Assembly: GCA_002104905.1 (NCBI GenBank)
Contig: MCFE01000095.1
Coordinates: 109,420-173,419, forward strand
Reading direction: 5' to 3'
Origin: Basidiobolus meristosporus CBS 931.73
Taxonomy: Eukaryota > Fungi > Basidiobolomycota
Length of the DNA stretch: 64,000 nucleotides
This document shows, one piece after another, positions 12,311 through 23,548 of the stretch. The number at the start of each line of letters is the position of its first letter. Positions within the stretch are counted from its first letter, which is position 1. The translations under genes and the position numbers were made by a program. The notes under the pieces are model-generated. The model did no database searches and was not told the origin of the DNA. It was given only the letters and a program-made list of their open reading frames with translations.

Positions 12311-13184
12311 CTTAGATTGACTGAGTCCCGTTGGCCTCCTGGCAAGGGACTCTGTCTTTTGATGCCTTCTTCTCTTTTGTGTCCGGTACGGCTTCTCTTC
12401 CGTATTGTTTTTCACATTTGTGGGCCCGGTGACCTACTTCTCCACACACATAACACGGATACTGTTGTTGCGGTCATTCCATCTGTTGGGTCAGGACTTG
12501 AACCTGGGCCTTTAGATCTACGACAGCTTCCCAGAGTTTATCACCTTCTTTGGGGACTTCTTGGACATTGTTGATCAAGAGTTCTTGGACCTTTTGCCGT
12601 AATTCCTCTAACTCACGGTCTTTCGGGGAGGCGATTTTTCCTTTCTTACGGGGGATCCCTGTCCTTTGATCATTTGTATCCCTATAGGGTAGCCCCCATA
12701 GCAAGATGACCCCTTGTACTTGTTCGACCAACTCTTGCAACGTTTTACATCCTTGTTGTTCTTCAGACGCCCTACGTCTTATTTCGTTGTCTAAGCCCAT
12801 GATGTAATACCTCATGAGCTGTCATTTGGCGATTTTGTCCTTTGGGAGACATTGAACTTGTTGGAGAAACAATTCAGTGTAGGCTTCATAGCTTTCACTG
12901 CTTTTCTTCCGTGAGGACAGTAGAAGGGCTTTGTAGTGGTATCCTTCGGCATATAGAAAGCGTGTCTTGTAGGCTTCTTCTAGTGCATCCCAGTCGTCTT
13001 TAACTGCGTCTTCCAACCCATAATGCCATCGCCATGCTGACCCTTCCATATGTCTTGCAAACTCTCTTACTTTCTTATTGTTGTCCCATCCTGCATCAAC
13101 CGCAACTCTCTCAAACTTATTGAACCACTCAAGGGCTTTCTCTCTCTTTCCCTTGTATGTTTTTAGTTTGATTGTAGTAGTCAT
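12311..13184 (-). pseudogene. Gypsy gag with CCHC zinc knuckle
   Basis: Retrotransposon gag-like helices (WFNKFERVA...WRWHYGL...WDALEEAYKTRF). The frame continues through TGAs at 12822 and 12474 into CYVCGEVGHRAHKC. Ends at TAA near 12311. Confidence 0.88.
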
Positions 13185-13208
13185 TACCTCACTTGTGCTT
13201 ATTTCCGC

Positions 13209-13221
13209 AGAGACGGCACCA
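13209..13221 (-). promoter_or_regulatory. Primer-binding site of the gypsy element (tRNA-His-like)
   Basis: Minus strand reads TGGTGCCGTCTCT 4 nt after the 5' LTR, complementary to a tRNA 3' end ...ACGGCACCA as in many eukaryotic tRNA-His. The tRNA identity is inferred. Confidence 0.6.
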
Positions 13222-13225
13222 AATA

Positions 13226-13612
13226 TGTGGGTTATTACTGACTGTACTTGGTGGGTGGGAGAGCTTGTAGGTCAAGTCAGTACCACTTGGTTCAGAATAG
13301 CTTCCGATAGAAGGTAGCAAGGTAATAAAGACTTCTGTTTATTTCGTCCAAATCTTGTTGTTCTTCTTGGTTCAATTGGGTAGATATATATATATCATTT
13401 GGGGGGCTTAGACAATAGACAATGTGTTATAAAATAGGGGTGTGAACACCTTCCTGTTATGGTAAGTGTTCTAACTAGATAAGGGTAGGGATAGGAGGGG
13501 GGACGCGTGGGGGAATCATAGGGAGGATACTGGAGGACTTTGGGTAGGACTCTGGAGGGAACTCTTGGGAGAACTCTTGGGCAAAGAGTGGGTACTACAT
13601 TGCGTACTCACA
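13226..13612 (-). repeat. 5' LTR of the gypsy element (387 bp)
   Basis: Direct repeat of 6840-7227, followed on the minus strand by the PBS. Confidence 0.97.
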
Positions 13613-13617
13613 AATTG

Positions 13618-14105
13618 CAGTGGATGTGCACATATGTAATGGCTAGTAAGCAGTATGCCATAGCTTTTTTTGATTCAAACTATTTGTGGATTACCCATGG
13701 TAGTAATGGATAAGCAAATAAATTAGGTAGTTCTGCAATGGAATATATGAATGGCGCAAGGGGAAGTAGCAAAAGGAAACACCATTTGGTAAATAGGTAC
13801 GGTAGCATTAAATAGTGATAATTCCGGATTGCCATATTGCCATTATATAGCCAGTAGATGTCTGTATCAGGGCTGTCAAAATACCATCAAGTTTTTTCCA
13901 TATATTGCATTTGCATGTACTGGCTGGTTAGGTCCCCTCAAATCAGTGTAGGCTGCAATAAGACTGTCAGAATGCCATCAAAATCCTGTTAAAGAACCAC
14001 CTATATACTGTCAAGTTTACTTATCTATACAACGGTGGAATCAGCAAAATATCAATACAATCCCATCATAACATTGTAAAGAGGGTAAATAATTCCAAGC
14101 TGCTG
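13618..14105 (+). mobile_element. Second copy of the CACTA-like element, right part
   Basis: Homologous to ~2149-2640, ending near aattccaagctgctg in both copies. Confidence 0.7.
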
Positions 14106-14177
14106 ACTAAGTTAGGTGAGTACATAGGTAGAATTAGAAATCTTTACAACAAATATGAGTATTTAGCAGAGTAAAGG

Positions 14178-14523
14178 TGTTTTTATTATGTAGTTACACC
14201 TAAGCATCCACCTAATGTAATCACTTATATCATTGTTTTAAAACCCTAGAGCTCTGACTAAGTTCCCTGTCAGAATTCACCTGGAATATATTCACCAAAA
14301 TATCGGGTTCCCAGAACATTAGAAGTTTTGAGGTTATCCAAACAGCCCCAAAGTCTGCACACATGCTCTTGGGACCTTTCTAAACATATTCCACATGTTT
14401 GTTTTGCCAACAGCATGTAAAAGTGTCAATACTACTTCTACATTCAGTAAATCTTCAAGTGAGAGACCACATAATCTGTTTGTTCTCCCAGTTACTTCCA
14501 ATATCTCCAAGACTCTTAAAGCA
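14178..14523 (+). repeat. Old solo copia LTR (same family)
   Basis: Shares ccaaacagcccc, gggacc, catgtaaaagt and cttccaatatctccaagactctta blocks with the other copia LTRs. Termini are eroded. Confidence 0.8.
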
Positions 14524-16950
14524 CCAGGTACATTTGGCATATTGCTTCAAGTACAGTCAAACTGGGAAATGAGTGAATCATAGTAACAACATATTGTATG
14601 AGATTGTGCAGAGGCACCTCCAAGATTGTATCATGCAGGAAGTATATGGGCAAATACATCACCCCTCAACCATCCTAGTTTTCCCAATTTGTAGGAAATG
14701 ACCATGGATAATGGAACGGAAAGACACCAATGCTTAAAGAACTAATAGGTGAGCTATCCATTCATTACAACGTGCATCAGTGTAGTTATATATGACGAAA
14801 TAAAACCTGATCGCATGATGTTTCTATCACTAGAAAGCCTGCTTGCTCCAGATCGGGCCATGAATGGGTTGGTAATAATATCCACGGCTTATTCAGTTGC
14901 CCACCAAGGGGTTGACATATCCTTAGGGATGTGCTGTGTAAGCAAACCCAGAGGTTTGCGTACAATTCGGTCATGAATCCATAGAAGTCAGACTCCAGGA
15001 AACCAGTTTCGAGCAGGCTATGCCTAACAGCGATACCATGTATACACTCTGCAACTATGGGATGAGGGATGAGGGATGACAGAAGAAGAATGCCGCCCAT
15101 CCCTTTAGCAGAACCGCTCTGGGGGCGAATCGGTGACGAAACGTAGGCCAACAATCCACCATACGAATCATGGAGATTACCCAACCGTTACGTAAGCAGG
15201 GGAAAGGAGCTTGACGAGAGCAGGACGTGTCATGAGGTGGCCGGGAACTGGTGGTGGAAGCAACCAGTAATTTAGGTGAAACGGCATTGAGAACCATCGT
15301 GCCACCCTGACCGAACAAACCGGATTCGAGGTGGATCTGAGTTGCCGGAATCCCACACCTGACGTCGCGAAATTGGGCCGGCAGGGGAGAAGCGTTACTG
15401 ATGCCCACCGAATCGGGAGTCCCCTACTTTAGATCCTATATCTCGGGGCTAAGGCCGGTGGTCGTCCAAGACGTAGTTGGGTGCCTGAACGGTTCATGGA
15501 GGATGTTGATTCGAGCAAGGAGATACAAATTCGGGGAACCTAACACGATTCCATTCCACCATGCAACCCATGGGCGCCCACCTGGATGACGTCAAGGGGC
15601 TGGCGTAATGGGTAACTGGGTAGGATAGTGATCTCAAACGTCTTGCATCATCTGGATCATTCAAGTATGGCCGCAAGGTTCCTAATGAAGAGGAGGCAGG
15701 CACATGCATCAGGGGAAAGCGCTGTTATCTGACGAAATAGGTTTCGGGACATCCCCTTGGCAATCAATTCGATCAGATATGCTACAGCATCCAACCATGG
15801 CTAGGCGATCAGCAATGAACCTAGGCGACTTCAAGGGTGAGCACAAGGAACCTCGACAGCGCATCCTCCAACCACGATCAGCCAGGATGGAGTCCACTCG
15901 GCTAAACCAGTGGATCTATGTGCCTGGCGAAAGATGCAGAACAGGCTCCGTATCCCGAGTCATTGGCTACGGGGACGAAAGCGGCCACTGTCGCGCGCAC
16001 TCCAGAGAACCACGCCGTATTGAGCCTCCCACCGGGGCCGATTGCTCTGAGCTGGCTGAGATTTGAAGTCAGATTTGGTAGCTAGGGTAGATAATTCAGC
16101 GAGATAATCGCCCGAGATAAATTGGATGATGCGATGCAATCACGGGTTCGTATATGGGAATTCCTATTCCCTCCTGATCTTAATATGGGGTTCATCTTAC
16201 TTGTTGGAGGGGAACGATCAGTAAGCTACCCTGTCAACCAACAACTGAGCACCTTCGGGACGATTGTGATACATTGGATCCATCATGAGGCTCCATGCGT
16301 AACACAATCTCTCGACTCCCCACAGTCGCTGGCAGAGGGATGAGGGTAGAGGAATCCGGTCGGTGCGACGTGGATGTATTGAGACGGCTCGTGGCACATC
16401 TCTGCGCAATGAGGCACCAATTTCCACCGCAAGCCCATGTCAAGGGGTTGAAAATTCCTTCCTTTATCCAGGTCTGATTCCGGCAAATCTAGATAGGTCC
16501 ACTTATATCCGAACCCGCCTTGATCCGGATCACAGTGTACCGGATTCCTCAATCACTGAACGTTGCCTCAGTGTACTCATGGCGCACTGTGCGACAAGCC
16601 CCATCGAGCAGCAGAGGGCCTGATGCCACATCCCGACGCTGCCGAGTACCAAGCAGGAAGCAGCCCTCTACTGGAGGGCCAGCGAGAAGCGTTCGCTAGA
16701 ATACGACTTGGTTTAAGTACAGTTTAATCGAGTAGAAATGTGAATCAATTACTCTTGAGGGGTCATTTTATGATACACAAACCGCATACAAAGCGAGGCT
16801 ATCTATAAACCTTTAAGACTATGAAAATATAAAGCTACGCCTTGCATGGGCATCGCCAAAGTGGAAAAAGCTCAATGGAATTAAAACGGGGGAGGGAATT
16901 ATCTCGACGGGATTAGGGTGGCGGGTGGCAGGGAGGGTGGACGATCTCCA

Positions 16951-17571
16951 TCACCTATCCTCCTTCTCGGCCTCCTCGCGGTTGTAGCTGGTTCGCCGTG
17001 TTGGCACCTGCACGCCCTGCTTTGCAAAGTAGTTGGTCAGCAAGGTGGATTTGTCAACCCCGGGGAACTCTCGGCTCGTGTAGATGGTGAAGGGCTTGGA
17101 GAAGCAGAAGGCCAGAATGTTGGCGCTGCCATTCTCGCCGATGCCAAGGATGTCGGAGAGAACGAATTTCAGCGTGAATCGGCCTTCAGTCCTAACCGAG
17201 AGATCAGGGAAAACAAAATAAATCCCTTGCTCCTTCTCAAGATTGAGTAAATGATATGAAGGAGACACTAGGGACCCTACCAAATTTCTTGCGTACACCG
17301 GGGATTTGAGAGAGATGACCGTTGTGCTCGAGGAGGCTGGCTCGTTGGGTATGGAAGAGGGGTTGATGACAAGGTTTCGCATTTTGGTGGTGTCGGCCGA
17401 CCATAGGTCGGCGTGGACTACTAGGTGGGAGGCATCTACGTTACTATTTTTCGTGTCTTTCAATGATAATTTCAGGATTGGGGGAGGGTCGAGCGGACAA
17501 CGACGGGTTCCAAAGCCAGACAAACGCGCTCTTACTGGATGTTGCACTACCTCTAATGTGTATTTTACCAT
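16951..17571 (-). CDS. Velvet-domain protein (probable start MVKY at 17571; longest ORF starts at 17721)
   Basis: Y.LEVVQHPVRAR..GFG...PLDPPPILKL, RNLVGSLVS, YFVFPDLSVRTEGRFTLKF, FPG...ST.LT..FAKQGV..P.R match the velvet family signature. Confidence 0.93.
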   Translation of the reverse strand: MVKYTLEVVQHPVRARLSGFGTRRCPLDPPPILKLSLKDTKNSNVDASHLVVHADLWSADTTKMRNLVINPSSIPNEPASSSTTVISLKSPVYARNLVGSLVSPSYHLLNLEKEQGIYFVFPDLSVRTEGRFTLKFVLSDILGIGENGSANILAFCFSKPFTIYTSREFPGVDKSTLLTNYFAKQGVQVPTRRTSYNREEAEKEDR

Positions 17572-19803
17572 GGATACAGTAAGTGGACTGAGGGTGGTCA
17601 AAACGACTTGTGCCGTTAGCTCGAAGATTATGTGAAGTAAACTGCGATAGGGGCATGCAAGTGCAGAGATCTTATATACTAGCATTAGGTGGGCATCTGT
17701 CTCATTTTGGGAATTGAACAATGATTCCCATCCAATCGCCAGCCTTACACCAGTCGATTCAGATGAGTATCAAAATAAGTTTTCCCAAAAGGGAGATGAT
17801 ATTTTAGGCATAATGATCTAAAGTCTGGCTTGAGAAATACCTGCGGTGTTCGGGTAAATGTTAACCATCCAATTTGCTCATACAACGCTCGCATTACAAA
17901 GGAAATGGCTCGTTGCAGCGCCTCACCTCGGGCTCGGGATCACGAGTGTGCGGACCCCACAGAGAGAACGGCCAGGAGGAAGAGCGCTGAGCACCATAAA
18001 CCGCGTGCAAGAATGGCTGTTAGATCGTGTTGCGCTAGCGCATTCCATGCATTCCAGACTTTGTTCCCCCTTGTCTCAATCCTGCTATAGCCTGATTAAA
18101 CACCATCAGCGTACGAAGAGGAAGTCGTGAGCCCTTTTCTAAATTAGCGACACCTGTGCTACCTTAGACTCGATAGGCCTCGTTTTCAGATCCCCACAGT
18201 AGTGTTCTACACAATGATTCATCGGAATCTTGGAACGAGTTGTGTAATGCAAAAACGGCTCGGGAAGGGTGATTTTGGTAGATAAGTTCTTATTTTCACG
18301 ATCTTGAATGAGCAGGTTTTCAACTAGGCAAGTGATATCACCACTAATGGTAAGGAGATCGAGTTTAGTTTAAGTCATCCTTGCCTATATGGGAAGCGAA
18401 AACCACCTGCGCTCGCTTGAAGAACTTTCTTTCCGCATAAATCGAAGCTAACAAATACGAGTTTATCTAAATTAGCCCCCCTCTGAGTGACGGTGGAGTG
18501 CAGCACAATGAGGTTCGGCACTTTGATGGCCAGTTCACTGGACATGGCTGTTGGCTAAACTACAGAGAAGGAAATATGAATTCAGCACGCTTAGAGATTT
18601 CCGCGCGGTTAGTTGACCCCACGCTGGTCATCCGCAGCCTCAGGGTGGAACCGACTTTCCATGTATAGCCTTTGAAGTTCATCGTACGGGTCTGCATCAA
18701 AGAGAACTAGGTGATCAGGTTTCTGGAGAGGAGACCATCGAGATTACAAACGCAATACAATCTGGATTAACAATTCGAGGAGACACTTGAGAAATCCAGT
18801 TCTCACATTTGGATATATTGGGTTTCTGCTCCATGAAGCCATCTGGTGTTTGAGCCTTGAGGGGATCTCATTGGCCCGCCATGTAAAGCACAAGTGGCAT
18901 GGTGTTTTCATATCACCGTTGCCGCCTGCCTTGCGCTCTACACTTCAATATGGCATCCATGAGCGCAAGAATGGTCGCTCCTAGAGTGATTGAGCATGTC
19001 GAAGCAACCCCCGTGTCGGCAGCATACGTTCACCTCTTCGCACATCCCCGGGTTCATTGTCGGGCTGGCCGGGGTTGCCTTCGCTGTAGTAGGTGTGCAG
19101 TCTGCAGAGCGGACCATTCCTCGCTGGCGCTCGTCGTCTACTCGCGTCTAGTTAGCCCATTTCTTCTCTACCTTCAGCCCAGTTGCGGCCTTCATCAAAA
19201 AGCAGTAGTTTAGCAACTTTCCAGATATATTTATGACTTCATCTGGGCAGCATCGATGCGTAGTTGGTGTTGATTCATGACCTCATAGATCCGAAGGGAT
19301 TCATTTTTTTGGGGTGGAAAGGTCCAATTTGTTGCTTTCCATGGAGGTAAGGGGTGCCCGAAAATTATCGAGAAATCATAGTGAAGAACATCATTAATAA
19401 TATCCGGAATCTTCTCAGATCTCGCTAAATTTTAAGAATCGTAACAGACAATTGATGCACCCAACCGTCACTTCAAAAGTGATTGGTCATGGCGGGCTAT
19501 CTTTCAAAGTATTTCGTTCGTTTCGGTTAACACCTGCTACACACTGGTTGTAGTTTGCTGGTTAATTATCCAGACAATTCCAACTACTTTTTACAGCGAA
19601 GTTTGTTGAATCACTTAAACACAGCTGCTCGTTACGTTCCTTGGAGTGTCCAGTCGAACAACACGTGTTTTTCACTGAAAAGCCCTCAGGATCTTACTCT
19701 CGCGTGTAGTCTACTACTTATTACCTTGGCTTTGTAAATACAGACAAACCAAAGGGCGTTTCCACTGTCAGTATAAGCTTATCACTTAGATACTCTATCC
19801 ACA

Positions 19804-21690
19804 ATGTCTACCACAACGCAGTTTATGGCGAATAACAAATTTCAAATCTTGATGCAACAACGTCAGCAGCAGCAGCAGCAGCAACAACAACAGCAACAGC
19901 AACAAAACCCATCACAAATGTTTGCAAACAGCCCTGGTGGCATGCGACCTGGAGGTCCAATGGCTCCTAACCAAGGAATGCTAAACGCCAACCAAAGTGC
20001 CCCCGTAAATCTTTCAGGTGCTTCTCATAGTTTAACACAGCCCAATCAAGCGTCAGGTCCGAACGGATCGCAGCCAGTTGGATCTGGTGCTGTAGCCTCC
20101 CGCTCGTCTTCGGTTCCCGTCAATATGCCGATGGGCCCACCTTCTGCTCTACCAACGTGCGTGACTTGTATCTGATTTACTATTCCGACAAGAGCGAGAC
20201 TAAACCACGTTTCCACATTTCCGTAGGGCTCCTGCTTCTGGAGCTGGGATATATAAGCTTATCCAATATGGAGAGTTTCTGGCACCTCGTCCCGACGTAA
20301 AAACTTCCAGCCCCTCTCTCAAGTGAACCACCGACCTAACCTATCTCAAACATAAATTTCAGATGGATAAGCTCGATATAGAGCAATGGCGTAGGTTTGT
20401 CCACGATTTCTACGTGGAAGACGGCTGCATGAAATACACGATTCGCAACATTCAGTTCCATGACTCGCGTACATTTGGTAGGAGTTGGTTGACTTGTGAG
20501 GACTGGCAGGAGATTACATGCTAAATTTCTGCCCCACAGAATTGTCTACTGCGCTTCTCCCTCGATATTATGTTATTAATTTCGAGTCGGACATGACCGG
20601 GATTAACCTGTTCATGGGAAATCCCCGAGAATTCATTCTTCCTTCCGGGTCCCACGTCGTGGAGTGCTCAAAGGCTTCTTTTATTTACCACTTTGAAAAC
20701 GGAGTCCAGGTTATTCCCTCTTCCACTACTCACCCCCTCTAACGTGAGAAATTTACTGACTTCTCATCTGATGGCGCAAAGGTTACTGCTAATGGGATGA
20801 TGCGAGTTACGTTTACCCCGCAATTAAAGATAGAGCAGCTGGAGTTCCACACTAGCCAACACGACGAATTTATTCCAAGGCATCTTTTGCAAAGCCTTGG
20901 GTCCCATCCGAGTGGCCAAGAGGCCAAAGGGAAGTTGGCCGGTGGCAGTAGCATCAACCTTCCCAAAACACCAGTCAACGAATACGGTGTTCCCCCCAAA
21001 ACCATGAGATGTCTAGAGGTAAGGAAACACGGAAATCATCGAGCCCCTGACAGACACTTACCCACGAGAATCTCGCAGATATCCGAGGTCATATGCCACA
21101 TGAGAGAGCTGATCTCCTTCAGCCAGCAATCAAACGCAGGACCAATCCGTATGTATTCTTGAGTAGCTCCCATGGATCATCTTTACTAAATCGACATCTA
21201 GGGTCCTTGCAAAAGTTCGCAGAGCTTGCCCGCAACGTGCGCCAAGGCAGTACACCCATCCAATCGCCCGTCCCCTCCCATGCAATACCCAAGCAAATGA
21301 TGGAAGGTGTTTCCGGTGCTCCAGCCCAATCTCCTTCCAGCACTCCCAAGCCCATTCCGCCCCCAAAACACACCGGTAACCCTGGCGCGCCCAACGCTCG
21401 GTTCGAGCCATCTCCATCGCCAGGGCTAGTATCCCCCAGAGTGAATCATGCCCCTTCACCCGTTTTAGGTAAGATAGTCGTTAGCATTGGCCCGTGACGA
21501 GCTAAATATTCACAGGCGGACAGGCAAAAACAGACCTACTTTCGCCGTCGATCTGGAGTCTCACAAAAAGAAGCGCGCCAACAGCCAGCAGGGATCGCCT
21601 AAAGCCAAGAAAGCCAAGATACCGGTTGGGGCTAACAGCAAGGCCAGCCCCAAGCCATCGGCATCCCCTTCCGTGGACAAGGAGAAATAA
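19804..21690 (+). CDS. LIM-domain-binding (LDB/SEUSS; Mfg1/PtaB/Adn1-like) transcriptional co-regulator, multi-exon
   Basis: PolyQ N-terminus. Exons encode GIYKLIQYGEFL, IEQWRRFVHDFY, ELSTALLPRYY, KIEQLEF, VNEYGVPPKTMRCLE, ISEVICHMRELISFS. GT-AG introns. Confidence 0.85.
19864..19905 (+). repeat. CAG/CAA microsatellite encoding Q14
   Basis: cagcagcagcagcagcagcaacaacaacagcaacagcaacaa in frame. Confidence 0.9.
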
Positions 21691-23548
21691 ATGGTTTGAG
21701 CAGTTTGAGGATGCCAGCCCAGTTCGAGAAGAGCTCCGCTTCGAGCAGCTGCGATTCGTGGACATTGAATTCCTTCATTTGAGATCTTCCGAAACTTCAT
21801 GTGGTTGGGACTTTCCACACGTCGTTTCTCCTATCGCTACTGTGACGGGTACGGTAGAAATCATGATTCATGTATATATAACCTCCTTTTTTATCTTTTT
21901 CATTGTGCACCCAGCGTACAGTAGGCATTCATCGACCCAAGCTCGCCAATTCCCCTTTTGTTTGTCTTCTCATGTTCTACTCTTTCATTTCATTCCACCA
22001 ATGATCTATTTTGTCCTCGTACTAGTCATTGACATTGTTTCCCTTGTGAAAGGAGTGTTTTTTGGCTTCCTCATTTTTGTCTAGAGTTTACTGCTCACTT
22101 TCCATCGGGTATAAAAACTGAACCAGATGTTTGTGTTCCTCGTATCAGTAGCTGCGCTTTATTATTACCCCCGCGACGAAGTGGGCGGTCGGAGGGTTGG
22201 GCAACAAAGAAATTTCTTCCCGACCGACCTGCCTCGTACTGAACACGAGATGTCATCATGTGAAGGTTGCCAGCAACCGGGCGCCACTTGCCAATTTGTT
22301 GAGCCCATTTTTTGTCGGCCCACAGCAGCTACAAGCAGGTTACTCTGCATCTTTTTGTCTCGACAAACGGTTTGTTGTTTGGTAGTACATTTGATGGTTG
22401 CGGACTTGCGGCATTTCCTAATCTTGCTCATGGGATCCTTAAGATCAGCCGAGCATGCAACCGGGTGTACACCGAAATTTTCTTCTCAGCCTAGATTGAT
22501 CCTGTGGCACCACAGGTGTGAGAATAGAGTTCAGCTGTTGTGGTGCAGGAGCCGTTTCAATTGCCATCCCCATTAGCATTTTGTGCAATAATCACAACAT
22601 TATGCATGATGAAAGGGTGTCCCTCGATTGATCTTCTCTTGATACAGGATTTGATTTCTTTGGAGAAACACAGTCTAGTGCTGCATGAACAATCAATGGC
22701 CGGGCTGATGATGATACTCTCTGGCATGGTCAATTCTACATGTTGGGCCGACTTCTTTAACTTCTCACCTTGGATATACAATGACCTCTGGATAGAAACA
22801 TGGTGGCCATGCATACCCATCCCATCAATGCACCTGCAACCCAAAAAGTATCGACTGTTACGAGCAAGTGGAAACCTCCATAATCACAGAATGGTGGGAG
22901 TTACCATGAAGGGGGGGTTGTACATACCAGTTGTTTGCTGGACCTCACCCACCTCTTTTTCACAGAAAGCTCTTGGATCATGGTCAATTGGAGCATTATT
23001 GGGCAAGGATTGGACTTGAGGGCTTGGCACTTATGCTCAACCAGTATAGATGGAGCAAGCTTGGTAACAATGCTCCATCATTCCTAGGTCGAACTAATGA
23101 CCAAGGAGGCTTTAGGCCATCAGGATGTAGGCACTTCAACCAACAGGTGATGGAGATTTTGTGTGGATCTAGTAAGCTATATCACCAAGCACTAGAACCA
23201 GAGTACATCTTTGATCAGGGATGAACTATGATTACTATAGATTGCCGACAGTCTCGTGGTTTGGTTGGTAAGGTTTAATATAAAGTATTAAGTAGTAGAC
23301 ACTCAAGCAATGGCACTCGTAGCACTAACTAACAGTGCGATTGTTAGGTGCTTTGAAATGAAAGGTATGCGCATGGAATCCTTCACATGTGATATGTATA
23401 GGGCATCTAAATGATCGGCATTATGAGTGCTAGAATAACTTTAGATATAGTGATACGAATAAGAGCTGAGCCATGAATAAATAGACGAGCTTTGGCCAAT
23501 ACTAGGAACTCGTTTGAGAGCGTGATCCGAATGCTGGTGGCAGATGGT

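Larger units (their letters stand above)
6840..13612 (-). mobile_element. Full-length Ty3/gypsy LTR retrotransposon, inactivated by point mutations
   Basis: LTRs 6840-7227 and 13226-13612 (TG...CA; 5 substitutions, 1 indel). 5-bp TSD AATTG at 6835-6839 and 13613-13617. Order on the minus strand is gag, PR, RT, RH, INT. Confidence 0.97.

Noticed and set aside
7628-12824. TGA recoding (Sec, Trp or programmed readthrough) to explain repeated in-frame TGAs
   Set aside because: The contexts fit Arg (CGA), a frameshift and a catalytic D-to-N change co-occur, and host genes such as velvet terminate at TGA. CpG decay is the simpler explanation.
17830-19260. Small ORFs between velvet and the LIM-binding gene
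   Set aside because: No consistent frame, motif or convincing splice model. Treated as divergent promoter/intergenic DNA.
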